64,000 bases of DNA from Haliotis rufescens (taxonomy: Eukaryota): assembly GCF_023055435.1 (NCBI RefSeq), contig NW_025963791.1:11904001-11968000 (forward strand), in the 5' to 3' direction. The first letter of the stretch is position 1. Each line of letters begins with the position of its first letter. Position numbers and translations under genes: made by a program. Below the pieces are notes generated by a model, which worked only from the letters and a program-made list of their open reading frames with translations, was not told where the DNA came from and searched no databases. Of this stretch, positions 1-13,136 are shown piece after piece.

Positions 1-54
1 TGAATCATACAACGATTCGATCACATGCCCAATTGAATTAAATTTCATATAATT

Positions 55-324
55 GTTGGTTGGTTGGTTTGTTGTTTAACGCCGCACTCAGCAATATTCC
101 AGCTATATGACGGCGGTCTGTAAATAATGGCGTCTGGACCAGACAATCCAGTGATTGACAGCATGAGCATCGATCCACGCAATTGGGATCGATGACATGT
201 ATCAACCAAGTCAGCGAGCCTGACGACCCGATCCCGTTAGTCGCCTTTTACGACAAGCATAGTCGCCTTTTACGGCAAGTATGGGTTGCTGAAGACCTAA
301 TCTACCCCGGATTTTTCACGGGTC
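55..324 (-). mobile_element. SINE-like family A (no tRNA head; starts GACCCGTGAAGA.., ends ..GCGGCGTTAAAC(AAAC/AACC)n)
   Basis: More than 12 dispersed ~270-bp copies in the window. Confidence 0.85.
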
Positions 325-345
325 AAATTTTATATAAACAATTCT

Positions 346-630
346 CATGCCGAAATGAAGGATAAAAACAAAGCACATGCCGAAATGAATTAGTAACACA
401 AAGCACATGCCGAATGAATTAGTAATACAAAGCACATGCCGAATGAATTAGTAATACAAAGCACATGCCGAAATGAATTAGTAACGCAAAGCACATGCCG
501 AAATGAATTAGTAACACAAAGCACATGCCGAAATGAATTAGTGATACAAAGCACATGCCGAAATGAATTTAATAGTAATACAAAGCACATGCCGAAATGA
601 ATATTATAAAAATAATTCACATGTCGAAAT
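346..630. repeat. Minisatellite, ~30-bp unit AAAGCACATGCCGAAATGAATTAGTAA(C/T)AC, about 8-9 copies
   Basis: Direct reading. Confidence 0.92.
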
Positions 631-1568
631 GCACATAACAACACAGAAATGTGTTACTGAATAATACCGATACTAAAATAGAATACTCAGGGTGATGGTA
701 AATACGCTTGTTGTCAGTATAAAGAATGTTTGTGTGTTGGGTTAGATGGGTTAAGATGTATGTTTGTGTGGCTGCTTGTACTAGCCCACTGAGATACACC
801 ATGCCGCAGTTTAACATGAATACCCTACTCAGACCACGGATGCGGGCCACAGTAATGAGCCATATGTCGCGCTGTTTATATAACGTGACATGAGAAATGC
901 CCAAAAATTCCTGATCGAGTAAATATCAGTGCTTATAGTTAGATAAATATCAAAAGTATGTTATAAAACATATGCGCATTTCGGGGTACAATAAAACCGA
1001 GAAGATCCCGTAAAATGTTGATCGGGTGGACACAATGACTAACCTACTGATTTTACGTGATGTAGCTAAAAGTGGCGTAAAATTATATTCATTCTGAAAT
1101 TTTTTCTATAGGCATGGATCATGACAATTGAAACGCCCATTACCGATTGTGAGTGGTAAACGCCTAAGACCTGCATCCAACCGGTCTTTCCTCCCACACA
1201 AAGATGACACGCCATCCTATAATTGAAAGACTGTTCGGAGCGGCGTTAAACCAACCTTACTCACTCACTCACATTCATCTCTTTCCCCATTGATCAACTA
1301 TACGGCCTCATCATCTGCGTCAATAACAATGACTCACCATTCTGCCACTACCAGAAGCTGATTTGCATATGACGTGCCCGGACTTGTCTTTTGTTTGTAA
1401 AGAAACGCGCTTATTCTGCAATCAGAGCAGCCTTGCCTCATGCAAGCGATTTACATATTGTTAGGTATCATTATGTCGGTGTGCTACTACAACTGTGACA
1501 GTGATGAACATGACGTTATGTCTTTATTCATCAAAGTGACCGTATCGCTAGGTTTACATAGGGCTTCG

Positions 1569-1735
1569 GGGCGGTGGGGTAGCCTAGTGGTTAAAGCGTT
1601 CGTTTGTCACGACGAAGACCCGGGTTCGATCCTCCACATGGGTACAATATGTGAAACCCATTTCTGGTGTCCCCCTCCGTGATATTGCTGGAATATTGCT
1701 AAAAGCGGCGTAAAGCAAAACTCACTCACTTACTC
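1569..1735 (+). mobile_element. Short tRNA-derived SINE family C (~165 bp, tRNA-Asp-like head), 12-bp TSD CATAGGGCTTCG
   Basis: TAGCCTAGTGGTTAAAGCG..GTCACG..GGTTCGATCC; same 3' tail as families A and B. Confidence 0.87.
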
Positions 1736-2300
1736 CATAGGGCTTCGACAGCACAACCAATGTAAACAAGGGCTAAATACGCAAATACGATACATTTTCA
1801 CGTGTTGGTCAATTTCCTTAAATCACTTTACCCAAATCAGCCGTCCTATTCTATAATTTGCCGCTTTCGAATTGTCACATGAATGAGTCGTGACATATTT
1901 ACTAAAGTTATGTGAAAAACGCAGATGTTCTTCAACTTGTTTTAAGCAGTATACATTACAAACTCACATGTGATTCCTCTTCATTAACATGTGGCATTCA
2001 AATGGAAGATGAGAGTTTGCTTTAGAATTCCCATTACCACGAACTTTTATTAGCTAATTATGAATATGGTCACAGAACATTTGCCATTGCAACAGCCTGT
2101 TTCTACCAAACAGTCTCCAATGAAGCCCTGAAAACCAGTCTCCTGAAACTTCAATACTCATTATTGTCTATTTTTGCTTTTGTAACGCGTTTGAGAGCAC
2201 CAAACCTTGTGTTCTCAGCATGCATTCATGGGTGGATATGGCGCAAATGTCCATCAGTACTACCCTTACAACTACTGCTGCTGCTACTACAACTACAGAC

Positions 2301-2541
2301 AGGTGAAGATCCGGGTTAGAATAGGTCTTCAGCAACCCATGCTTGCCGTAAATGGCGACTATGCTTGTTGTAAGAGGCGACTAATGGGATCGGGTGGTCA
2401 GGCTCGTTGACTTGGTTGATGCATGTCATCATATCCAATTTGCGCGGATCGATGCTCATGAAGTCAATAACGATTATTTACAGACCGCCGTCACATAGCT
2501 GGAGTATTGCTGTGTGCGGCGTTAAACAACAAACAAACAAA
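2301..2541 (+). mobile_element. SINE-like family A
   Basis: Matches the family consensus, with an internal deletion; flanked by degenerate CTA repeats. Confidence 0.8.
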
Positions 2542-3856
2542 ACTATAACTACAAAATAATAAAATATATTATTAATAGGAAAACTGTATCCACTGGATTC
2601 ATTAATTTCCTCGCTTCGATTTCGTTTTCCTGTTGTTTACGACCAGAGCAACAGGTGCAGTGATATTCTCGTAGATAAAATATAATGCCGACTGCTCAGT
2701 GGAAAACTGTATTGCCAATTATTCACATCTGGGTATTCGATTACAACCTTGGAAGTGTGACACATGTTTTGACATTCCAACCAGTAGACTTTCAACCTTG
2801 ATTTTCTGCCTGAATTCCATGAACAAATTCGAAAGGTTAAACTTCAGGAAGAAAAGAAACTTCAATATTTGTTTACGGAGATAACATTTTTACGAAATGT
2901 CTGATGTTACGATGTAACAGGTTAAGTTATCAATATAACCCGGCTTCGTGTTTATGATTTCTAGGTATAGTCAGTGTATCGCAAAGTGGAAACGTTTATT
3001 TCAACGATTGGCTTCATGCATTCAGGTTCAGCTTGTTTTGGTATGAAGGTCGTACGTCTCCCTCTTATATGCATGTGAAAAGCAGTTTCAAGTTTGCCAA
3101 ACGTGATTATATTTCCCATTCAAATGAAGTAGGCTTCATCATGCTCACCCATGCATGTAAGTCTCCTGGGCAGCTTACATACAAGATCAGTTGACAATAG
3201 CTTCGTAATGACCATAAGTACGCCTTAATTCCTTTAGCTGAGATCGCAGTCTGTAAAACGAAACCGCCTTACTATCGCAGGATGATTACTGAGTTCAAAT
3301 GATATTCCGCTTCAAGTGAAGCTTTCAAAACGTTTTGTAGAGTTCTTTTGGAGGACATTTCCAAATTTGACGCATCAGTGACAAAACTGATGTCCGATGT
3401 CATTGTTCATTGAGCATTTGTAATGTTTTGCATTTTTCAAGAAATTTCCAAAGACGCCGGATGTTGGTCAGATCATTTTTTCTGAAGATTTCCCGTTATA
3501 CCCAATTCTCGAGAAATTGGCAGGAGGGTCGTACAAGATACACTGTGAAAGCTGATTTCGGTTGCTGTAAACATGCAAGTCACGATGGGGAAAATGTAAT
3601 TAAATACAAGGAAACTTGAAATAATAACAACAAGCCCAAATTGTCAGTTTCGTTTCCTTATGAAATCTGATCGGGTTTACGAAACTTGAAAATGTCATCT
3701 ATATTAAACGATTCTATAATTAGCTCAGACCGTGCGTCACAACGGCGATACTGTACTTAAATACGAGGAAGATCCTATTAAGTATCAGCCTCGCGTCCTT
3801 ATGTATATGGTATCGTCGTCCTACCACACGACTAGGGACACAGACAAGGAGACAAG

Positions 3857-4952
3857 GTATGTTGTTGGCGCTGGCTTTTGCATTGTGCATGCATTATGTA
3901 TGTTTGGCAATGTTGATGCCACATATAGTTTAAATGATCAAATGCATGATAATAAAAAATACAAAACCATAATTATAATAAAAGTAAATAGAAACACCAT
4001 AGCCATTTTTATAACCATTAGACATATCCGTTGTACGATTCCGACTATATCCTCAGCATGTGTTTATGAATCACTATCAATTTGTGTTGATCCTATGACA
4101 AACACATGCAGCGGCAAGTCAAGTGTTTACATGACCGGACTGTGGTTTGAATTTTTAACCACATAACCCCAAAATACTTGTCTCGCGTGTTTTACTGCAA
4201 TCCTCATCCAGATTCCAAAAGACACCAAAAGAAAAAAATCCCCCTTATGGGTTAAAACAGCTTTCCGATGTTTGACACAATTTCAACGAACAGAGCGGCG
4301 CCCAGTCTGCCTGCTTCCACCTCAGATTTCTTGATCGAACTAGAGGGCTTTTTCTGTTGTTTTTTCAGCCGTTTGACTACCATATCCACAACGCATGCCT
4401 TATCAGTTACTTGAACATATAATTAAAGATACATTTGAAGGGTATTTTTTAACAGGTGAAGAATTGACTTGGCGTTGCATGTGTTTGTAACGGGTGCAAC
4501 TGGTGGGGTAGGATACGCTCACCTTTTCGCGAACACCTGGTATCATCCCTATTTGATAGTGATTCATAGCTCATAGTATAGTCGGAATCGTACAATCGTC
4601 TCTGTTTTCTGAGATTTTTAATGAATATGGAAAGGGTTTTGTCGTTTTTATTTAATTGCTCACTCAGGGGACGGATCCCTGACAGGCATTCATTGTGTGG
4701 AATAGGACCGACGGCAGATAATAGCTTTTAATACCGAAACAGGAATATATATTCTGCCATATTGTTATATATTTCCTTTGTGGGATGAATAAGGCTGCAT
4801 ACAAAAATCGAATGTTAAACAGGCATCAGTTTTTCAAAAGTGAGGAGGGAGGTTAAAGTGAAGATATGTGCCAACCAAGACTGAAAATTTGAAGAAAAAT
4901 TGTAATTATGAAGTGTTTTCTTCGTACTTTTAGCCTTTAGCCTTAAACCACC

Positions 4953-5044
<92 letters not shown>

Positions 5045-5634
5045 TGTATCGTTGCTAGTGGTACCAGGTACCAGTTTGGGCTAGACGAAGCATTGACGAA
5101 GCAAAGAGTTTAATCAGACGTCTCCTTGGGATCACACCTGTGATCCCTGGCGATAAGAAATTTGGCATTGCATGCCAGGCCAGCAGTTAGACGTATCAAT
5201 GCACAATCGTAAATTCTCCTCAGCGTAATATGCATCTTGAACGTGTGTGGTAACAGGGTGTGTTTGGTAACTTGAGTAGGAAGCACAAGTGCACGAGGGG
5301 ATGTTATTTCAGATGACAAATGAAAGAAGACAGAATGATTGTGACGCAAATTTAGTGACTGGTGGCCGTGANNNNNNNNNNNNNNNNNNNNNNNNNNNNN
5401 NNNNNNNNNNNNNNNNNNNNNNNNNNNNNNNNNNNNNNNNNNNNNNNNNNNNNNNNNNNNNNNNNNNNNNNNNNNNNNNNNNNNNNNNNNNNNNNNNNNN
5501 NNNNNNNNNNNNNNNNNNNNNNNNNNNNNNNNNNNNNNNNNNNNNNNNNNNNNNNNNNNNNNNNGTTTATACTACTGCTAGTCAATACGAATGCTTGCGC
5601 ACTGGTTATTTAAAGTAATATCATTTGATTGCAG
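3857..5634 (+). other. Putative 5'UTR intron of the + strand TLR
   Basis: Donor acaag|GTATGT at 3857 is conserved in the paralogous region (14464); acceptor ttgattgcag at 5634 is also conserved (15808). Confidence 0.5.
4961..5043. repeat. (CA)n microsatellite
   Basis: Direct reading. Confidence 0.97.
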
Positions 5635-5645
5635 ATAGTGCTGCT

Positions 5646-8252
5646 ATGAATACAATCTTGCTCTTGGTTTTCACACTGGCCCTGAAAGCCACATCGACCA
5701 TGACCAGCAACGAAGTTGATGAGAATGAAAGTTGTGACCGTCGCTGTCACTGTTGGCATGACAACAGAAGCTATGGTGGGGACATGAACATAGCCAACTG
5801 TTCAGGCCGGAACATATCTTCACTGCAGGATCTCATCCTTCCTACAAACACCAATGTGATCCTTCTGGAACGTAACAACATAAGAAAATTGGGAAATGAC
5901 GACTTTAGACCATATCATAATCTGACCCATTTAGATTTGGGCACTAACGAGATATCGATTGTGGAAGAGAGAGTGTTTGGACAACTGTACCAACTGGTTT
6001 TCCTTAACTTAGAAACAAATCATATTGCTTTACATGTTTTGGGCCAAAATCCACAATTATTCAAAGACCTTGTTAGCTTGAAGGTTTTGAAATTGAACGA
6101 CAATGGAAATGGGCGTAAAAGTGTGTGTTCTGTTGACACGAAAACCTTAAACACCTACCCTGATGTTTTTCACTGGCTTGTTTCGCTGGAGACCTTATTC
6201 ATTGACGGAATCACCAACGCAACTTTTGGTTTAGGATTCTCTAACCTCACCAAGTTTACCAGCCTTACAATGTCTGGAGATAATGGACAATGTACCATAG
6301 GGAACCTTCATAATACATCCTTTGAACATGTACAATACCTAACATACTTGGATATATCAAACTGTTCTATAACTGACATTGAGGCTGACACGTTTTCACA
6401 TATGCCAAACATTCAAACCCTGAACATATCCTCCAACATGCATCTTGGATTCACGAAATTAGGTCAAGCTTTATACGGCCTTCAGTCATCTAACATTAGA
6501 ATCCTGGTAGCGAACAGAATCGTCCTAATGCATCCGAAATGTGTCGTGATCAAACAAGAGGATGTGCAATATCTGAACAACACGTCCCTAACACGACTCT
6601 ATGTGGATGACAACAGTATCATGAACATCGAGCGAGGCGTGCTGCGTCTCTTGCCAAACACTCTGAGCTTCATCTCTGCACAACGGCATAAACTTGATTA
6701 TGGAGCTTACTTCCAGGAACTGAAATATCTCACAGGCTTAAAGTATTTGCACCTCAGTGGAGTGTCTTACCATATAGATGTGCCCATTCGAGATATGTTG
6801 GAGGTACAGTTTTCTGATGAAGTAAACGGTATCCATCCAATGTCTTGGGTTTATGAAATACAGCCTTATACATATCCGTATAACACAACGCCTGATTTAG
6901 GGGTAGCAAATTTAACACTACCCCCAAACCTGACGAAGGTTCATTCGAACTTTACACAACTGACTAATACGCTTGCATCTGTAAGGATTCAAGCTGAGAG
7001 TTTACAACAAGTGGATCTATCCAGCAATCTCCTTCAGTTTCGTGAAGGGACTTTGTTAGGATATGACAATGTAACCTTTTTAGACTTATCCAACAACCTT
7101 GCTCGGTGGCTGTCTCCAGATCTGTTTCAACACTGTGTTTCCTTAGAAGTGCTAAATTTATCGTACAACTTCTTCAAATGGAACCTATACAATGATACGG
7201 AGGGAAAGATTTTCAGAAATCTGTTTCGCTTGAAGCAACTTCACCTCGCATCAAACGGTCTGGAGCAGGTAAGTGGGATGATATTTCGTAATCTGACATC
7301 GCTTGAAATTCTTAACTTGTCTAATAACTCGCTGTACAACTTTTCCCCTGAACTGGGACATCTAAAGAAGTTGAAACAGATAGATTGTTCAAACAATCAG
7401 ATTCACTGGCTTATGTCAGATGTTCGAAGACAAATAAGTGCTTTGAAACTAGTCTCCCCGAACCTGACGTTGAACCTGCGTGGGAACCCATTGGGGTGTA
7501 CATGTTGGAATTTAGAGACTTTAAGCTGGCTGCTTGATTCGGGAGTGACCCAAGATGATATGTATGGCTATTTTTGTTTGCAAAACCATCACAGAAGATA
7601 CATTAAAAATAAAGACGAGTTTCAAGATCTGATAAGCGAAATGAAGACCAAATGCTTTGCTTCCGTAAGTATTTCCCTTGGCACATCTGCTGGAATCCTT
7701 TTCTTCTTCTGTGTCGTGATTGTTGGGTTGGTTCGAAGATACAGGTGGAAGTTACGCTATCTCTTCTACTCTGCCAGACTTAAGTATAAAAGTGACCACA
7801 ATACTCCAGATGATGGGTACTTCATGCATGATGCTTTTGTCTCCTACGCTGATGAAGACCGTGCATTTGTCGTCAATGACATGCAACACCACATGGAAAT
7901 TTATGATGGAATAAACCTCAACATCCACCACCGTGACTTTATGCCAGGAGATCCTATAGCTTCAAACATCATTGGCGCCATCAAGAATAGCAGGAAGACT
8001 GTGGTGGTTCTGTCCCAGAACTTCCTCAACAGTTACTGGTGCACGTACGAACTGCGCATGGCCCAGATGGAGAGCATCAGTAGTGGGAGGGACATTCTCA
8101 TCATCATCATGTTCGAACCCGTGCCTGCCAAGAACATCCCGCCAGAAATTTTGAAACTGTTGCACACAGATTCTTACATAGCCTACCCAAGCGATGAGGA
8201 AGACAGGGAGGAGTTCTGGAGATGCTTGTGTCAGAGTGTCCGACCACAGTGA
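5646..8252 (+). CDS. Toll-like receptor, subtype 1 (signal peptide, LRRNT, LRRs, LRRCT, TM, TIR), about 868 aa, single coding exon
   Basis: Signal-like MNTILLLVFTLALKATS; LRRNT CDRRCHC..ANCS; many LxxLxLxxN repeats; LRRCT NPLGCTC..C..C; TM SISLGTSAGILFFFCVVIVGLV followed by RRYRWKLRY; TIR box1 HDAFVSYA, BB loop HHRDFMPG, box3 FW. The ORF-track start at 5625 is a TTG upstream of an acceptor (tttgattgcag, AG 5633-5634). The first ATG is at 5646. Confidence 0.95.
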   Translation: MNTILLLVFTLALKATSTMTSNEVDENESCDRRCHCWHDNRSYGGDMNIANCSGRNISSLQDLILPTNTNVILLERNNIRKLGNDDFRPYHNLTHLDLGTNEISIVEERVFGQLYQLVFLNLETNHIALHVLGQNPQLFKDLVSLKVLKLNDNGNGRKSVCSVDTKTLNTYPDVFHWLVSLETLFIDGITNATFGLGFSNLTKFTSLTMSGDNGQCTIGNLHNTSFEHVQYLTYLDISNCSITDIEADTFSHMPNIQTLNISSNMHLGFTKLGQALYGLQSSNIRILVANRIVLMHPKCVVIKQEDVQYLNNTSLTRLYVDDNSIMNIERGVLRLLPNTLSFISAQRHKLDYGAYFQELKYLTGLKYLHLSGVSYHIDVPIRDMLEVQFSDEVNGIHPMSWVYEIQPYTYPYNTTPDLGVANLTLPPNLTKVHSNFTQLTNTLASVRIQAESLQQVDLSSNLLQFREGTLLGYDNVTFLDLSNNLARWLSPDLFQHCVSLEVLNLSYNFFKWNLYNDTEGKIFRNLFRLKQLHLASNGLEQVSGMIFRNLTSLEILNLSNNSLYNFSPELGHLKKLKQIDCSNNQIHWLMSDVRRQISALKLVSPNLTLNLRGNPLGCTCWNLETLSWLLDSGVTQDDMYGYFCLQNHHRRYIKNKDEFQDLISEMKTKCFASVSISLGTSAGILFFFCVVIVGLVRRYRWKLRYLFYSARLKYKSDHNTPDDGYFMHDAFVSYADEDRAFVVNDMQHHMEIYDGINLNIHHRDFMPGDPIASNIIGAIKNSRKTVVVLSQNFLNSYWCTYELRMAQMESISSGRDILIIIMFEPVPAKNIPPEILKLLHTDSYIAYPSDEEDREEFWRCLCQSVRPQ

Positions 8253-9516
8253 CCGGGACCATCTTACCGCGGATGTAGCGAGATCGTATTCGTAAAATTT
8301 GTGTTAGAGTCAGTTCCTGTAATTAACGTCGGGTATTGGGACGGATATATTAAAAAATATTTTTTGTATCGAAACCATTTGGCCACTTCAACCAACTTCG
8401 GATATATCTAAGGCAAATGCATGAACATATTGTTCTTGACGAACCATTTGTTCTTTATAACTAACTTCGGATATATCAAAGATTGAAGTGAGACCGTCAT
8501 ATCTTTTAAATCTATGTGTAACAATTCGAATTAAGAATTCCTTTTTACTTTCATTGCCGGGGAGACTATTTTAGCATAACACTGCCAGCGAAACGGCAAA
8601 GGGTTACTCATTTTGGATTATGACATGACTGGGGAAATGGTCTACAATTCTATTTTCAGGCTACGGGGACGTTTTAGAGTAATATGACTCGACAAGTTTC
8701 CGGAATCAAATCTTCCTATACTTTTTAATTCCGGTTCGTGCTTTGTACATGCGTCAACACAGTGAAACCTGTTTTGTCCGTACCCTGTGCTTTCCGGATG
8801 GGTACCGTTAGGGATGTCTACACATGAACACACGACATTATTCCGTGACAATGACTTTTTTAAGGTACTTGTAACGGTACTTGATTAACGGGGCTGCACT
8901 GCACTTTGCTATTTGTAGATTTGTCAAATGTCGTCTCAACGGATTTATTTTTAATTTAGAGCTATTTCTCACAAATGGTTTCAATAGCTAGTCCTTATGA
9001 CAAAGCGCTATTCTATAAACATGACACAAGATACTATGTCCTGCATATTCTCACAATCATCACGTTGATTACCCGTACCATTTCTCACATTGGATTGTCA
9101 TTTTGGACACTCACTAGACACTCTCCTCTCAAAATTAACGTCGTCCAATATACGACGTCATCAAGGTACGAGGTCCAGAAATGACCTCATGATAGATCTA
9201 TTTTATATCGGGAAATAACACACTCTTCGTTCTTAATTGTTCTTTGTGATTTATCAAGTAGCTATCTTATATAATATGATACAATATAAATGAATTCCAC
9301 CTCACACTTGAGGCAGCCCCTTGAAGTTAGCATTAAAGTCAGACAAGGAGGCACTTCTCGAATGATTGGAACCATTGTAATGGATATTGCCATGGCTATG
9401 TTTGCCATATCAATTCGCTGTGAACCATTCATGTCTGGCAGAAATTATTCCTTCTCAGTTTTAATTGATAACCTTGATGTAAATGAATACTTGAATATAT
9501 ACATATTTATATATGC

Positions 9517-9784
9517 TTGTTTGTTAGTTTGTTGTTTAACGTCGCACTCAATAATATTCCAACTATATGACGGCGGTCTGTAAATAATCGAGTCTGGACC
9601 AGACAATCCAGTAATTGACATCATGAGCATCGATCCACGCAACCGAGATACGGTGACATGTATCAACTATGTCAGCAAGCCTGACCACCCGATCCCGTTA
9701 GTTGCCTCTTACGACAAGCATAGTCGCCTTTTACGGCAAGCATGGGTTGCTGAAGACCTATTCTACTCCGGATCTTCACTGGGT
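9517..9784 (-). mobile_element. SINE-like family A
   Basis: Full-length match. Confidence 0.85.
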
Positions 9785-11118
9785 ATATGTATGCTTGATA
9801 TGTTTTCACTGTTTCTTGGAGCAGATGTTCATGACATAACTGACGAGACTGATTGTGATACTTGAGAATATATTTTATTGTCACTTTGCTATTTTGTATT
9901 GAATATTAAGAAATATCTTATGTATATCTACTTGACACATACACACTACTGCTCACAAATTGTACATTATAAATTGTGTATTCATTCGCACTGCATCCCA
10001 TGCTTTCATTGTATTACACTCAAGTAATGTAAATAAAATATTGTAAATAATATATTTGCCATTTTGTGATCTTCGGATTCAACTGAACTTGAGAAAATAA
10101 ATACATTCATTTATCCATTCATCCACACACCCAACAAAATAAAGATGGATTTGTCTTTTAGAAATAAAGTTTTACAAATTGATTCGATAAACATTCCTCA
10201 TGACAAAGAGCTATTCTATCAATATAACATAGTCACATAGTAATGTGACATATATCTGTCTGTCGTTATATCATGACATGAGTACATGACCAGAAATTGC
10301 TGATCGAGTTAATACTAATGCTTATATTCAGAAAACATCAAATATAAGTAATAGAACATAAAACCGTACGCATTTCTCTCTGTAAATTAAACACACCTTG
10401 GAGATTTCGGTGCAGAATAATTCTCTAGAAATTCACGTAAAATGGAGGCGAGGTGGACACAATGTCTAATCTACCGATGGTGCGGTGTCGAACCCCAACG
10501 GCGTGGACCTTTGCATTACCACTAGGATGGCCAACAGACTGGACATTTTACTACAATATCACTACCTGCAGCGTAAAACAACATTCACTCTGCAACGTTA
10601 TGCTATCAGCATGGGCCATGATGACTAACACGTCCATTGCCCCTTGTAAGAAGTAAAGGTCTAAACCATTCATTCCTCCCACTTTAAGATGACACGCCGT
10701 CTCAAGACTGAAATACCGTTTAAAGCGTCGTTAAAACAATCTCACTCACTGACATTTGTCTGATGTTTTGCCGCATTGATCGAATGTCCCGCCTCACTTA
10801 CGTCAATAACACAGGGAACGTAATTAGATAAGAGATCCAAGTCAAGTACATCCTGTTCGACACTGTTCCGCTTTCGAATTGTCCCATGAAAACATCAACG
10901 TGTACTACTCAAAAGTAGTTAAGGGACACCAGATTTTTTTCATATGACTGTAGTTAACCTGCCATAACATATTAAATAACGAATGTGAAAAAAATAGCGT
11001 GCACCCTAGCATGGGAGTTCTCTACATTGATATGCAACATTCAAAGGGAAGATTAGACTTTACTGTGGAATGGGCTTTAACAAGTACTTCTATCAGCTTC
11101 TAATCATTAGGGCCACAG

Positions 11119-11196
<78 letters not shown>

Positions 11197-11925
11197 GACC
11201 CGTGAAGATCTGGGGTAAAATAGGTCTTCAGCAACCCATGCTTGCCGTAAATGCTTATCATAAAGAGGCGATTAACTGGACCGGGNNNNNNNNNNNNNNN
11301 NNNNNNNNNNNNNNNNNNNNNNNNNNNNNNNNNNNNNNNNNNNNNNNNNNNNNNNNNNNNNNNNNNNNNNNNNNNNNNNNNNNNNNNNNNNNNNNNNNNN
11401 NNNNNNNNNNNNNNNNNNNNNNNNNNNNNNNNNNNNNNNNNNNNNNNNNNNNNNNNNNNNNNNNNNNNNNNNNNNNNNNNNNNNNNNNNNNNNNNNNNNN
11501 NACTANNNNNNNNNNNNNNNNNNNNNNNNNNNNNNNNNNNNNNNNNNNNNNNNNNNNNNNNNNNNNNNNNNNNNNNNNNNNNNNNNNNNNNNNNNNNNNN
11601 NNNNNNNNNNNNNNNNNNNNNNNNNNNNNNNNNNNNNNNNNNNNNNNNNNNNNNNNNNNNNNNNNNNNNNNNNNNNNNNNNNNNNNNNNNNNNNNNNNNN
11701 NNNNNNNNNNNNNNNNNNNNNNNNNNNNNNNNNNNNNNNNNNNNNNNNNNNNNNNNNNNNNNNNNNNNNNNNNNNNNNNNNNNNNNNNNNNNNNNNNNNN
11801 NNNNNNNNNNNNNNNNNNNNNNNNNNNNNNNNNNNNNACCACTACTACTTCTACTACTACTGCTTCTACTACTACTACTACTACTACTACTAGCACCATC
11901 ACCACTACTACTTCTACTACTACTG

Positions 11926-11968
<43 letters not shown>

Positions 11969-12395
11969 TACTACTACTACTACCAAAACCACCATCACCA
12001 CTACTACTTCTACTACTACTGCTACTACTACCACCACCACCACTACTACTTCTACTACTACTGCTACTACTACTACCACCATCACCACCACCACTGCTAC
12101 NNNNNNNNNNNNNNNNNNNNNNNNNNNNNNNNNNNNNNNNNNNNNNNNNNNNNNNNNNNNNNNNNNNNNNNNNNNNNNNNNNNNNNNNNNNNNNNNNNNN
12201 NNNNNNNNNNNNNNNNNNNNNNNNNNNNNNNNNNNNNNNNNNNNNNNNNNNNNNNNNNNNNNNNNNNNNNNNNNNNNNNNNNNNNNNNNNNNNNNNNNNN
12301 NNNNNNNNNNNNNNNNNNNNNNNNNNNNNNNNNNNNNNNNNNNNNNNNNNNNNNNNNNNNNNNNNNNNNNNNNNGCTACTACTACCATCACCACC

Positions 12396-12446
<51 letters not shown>

Positions 12447-12447
12447 G
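11119..12447. repeat. (CTA)n/(CCA)n compound microsatellite region, largely gapped
   Basis: Pure CTA 11119-11196; mixed CTA/CCA/CTT 11838-12100 and 12375-12447. Confidence 0.9.
11197..11285 (+). mobile_element. SINE-like family A, 5' part (runs into a gap)
   Basis: GACCCGTGAAGATCTGGGG.. directly after (CTA)n. Confidence 0.8.
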
Positions 12448-12861
12448 TGACGATGTGGTAGCCTAGTAGTTAAAACGTTAGTACTACATACCAGCTCATT
12501 TGTGCAGGTGTTGAAATATACATTTGATTGAGGCACTCGGGATGTTTGATAAAACATAAGCCTCATTAGAAGGTAAACTGTGTCAAATTAATCAATACTT
12601 TCCTCGTTTTTCTTTCCTCTTCCTGTTAATGTTTACGATCAGGTCAACATCTGCCTTGATATAGCTGCAATATTCCCATGGAAATCTTTATTATCCATTA
12701 TTCACATTTGATCTGGGTAATTCATTTTTTTTTGCATGACTCATGTTTTACCATTCCGACCAGACTTTTGACTAAATTTCATAAAGCAAGATCGAATTAT
12801 TAAACTTCTGGAGGAAAATATCTTTCATACCTGTTACTCGATGTACATGTTCCAAATGTGT

Positions 12862-13136
12862 GGGCAAGGGTGGCCCAGTCGTCTAAGGCGCCGCGATTCG
12901 CTGTGTAGAGTTGCGTCCCTTGGGGAACCTATGATTGTGGGTTCGAATCCCGGTTCGCCCCGATTATGTATCAAGGCTTCTCAGCACTTTACCCGTGCTC
13001 GTGGATTTCGCCGAAGTGGTAAACGTCTGAGACCTGCATCACTTCGGACTTTCCTACCATTTTACGCTGACACGCCGTGATATAACTGGAATACTGTTAA
13101 AAGCGGCGTTAAACCCAACTCACTCACTCACTCACT
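12862..13136 (+). mobile_element. tRNA-derived SINE family B (~280 bp, V-domain-like body, (CTCA)n tail), TSD TTCCAAATGT
   Basis: A box TGGCCCAGTCGTCTAAGGCG, B box GGTTCGAATCCC; GTGG(G/A)TTTC..CTTTCCT(C/A)CCA body; TSD. Confidence 0.85.

Noticed and set aside
1569-1640. tRNA genes at SINE heads (families B, C, D)
   Set aside because: Cloverleafs are imperfect and run into SINE bodies with tails and TSDs.
5646-8252. Assigning a vertebrate symbol such as TLR4 or TLR13
   Set aside because: Invertebrate TLR expansions are lineage-specific; orthology cannot be read from this sequence.
11100-12566. Poly-Ser/Thr/Leu/Val ORFs
   Set aside because: (CTA)n microsatellite plus N gaps.
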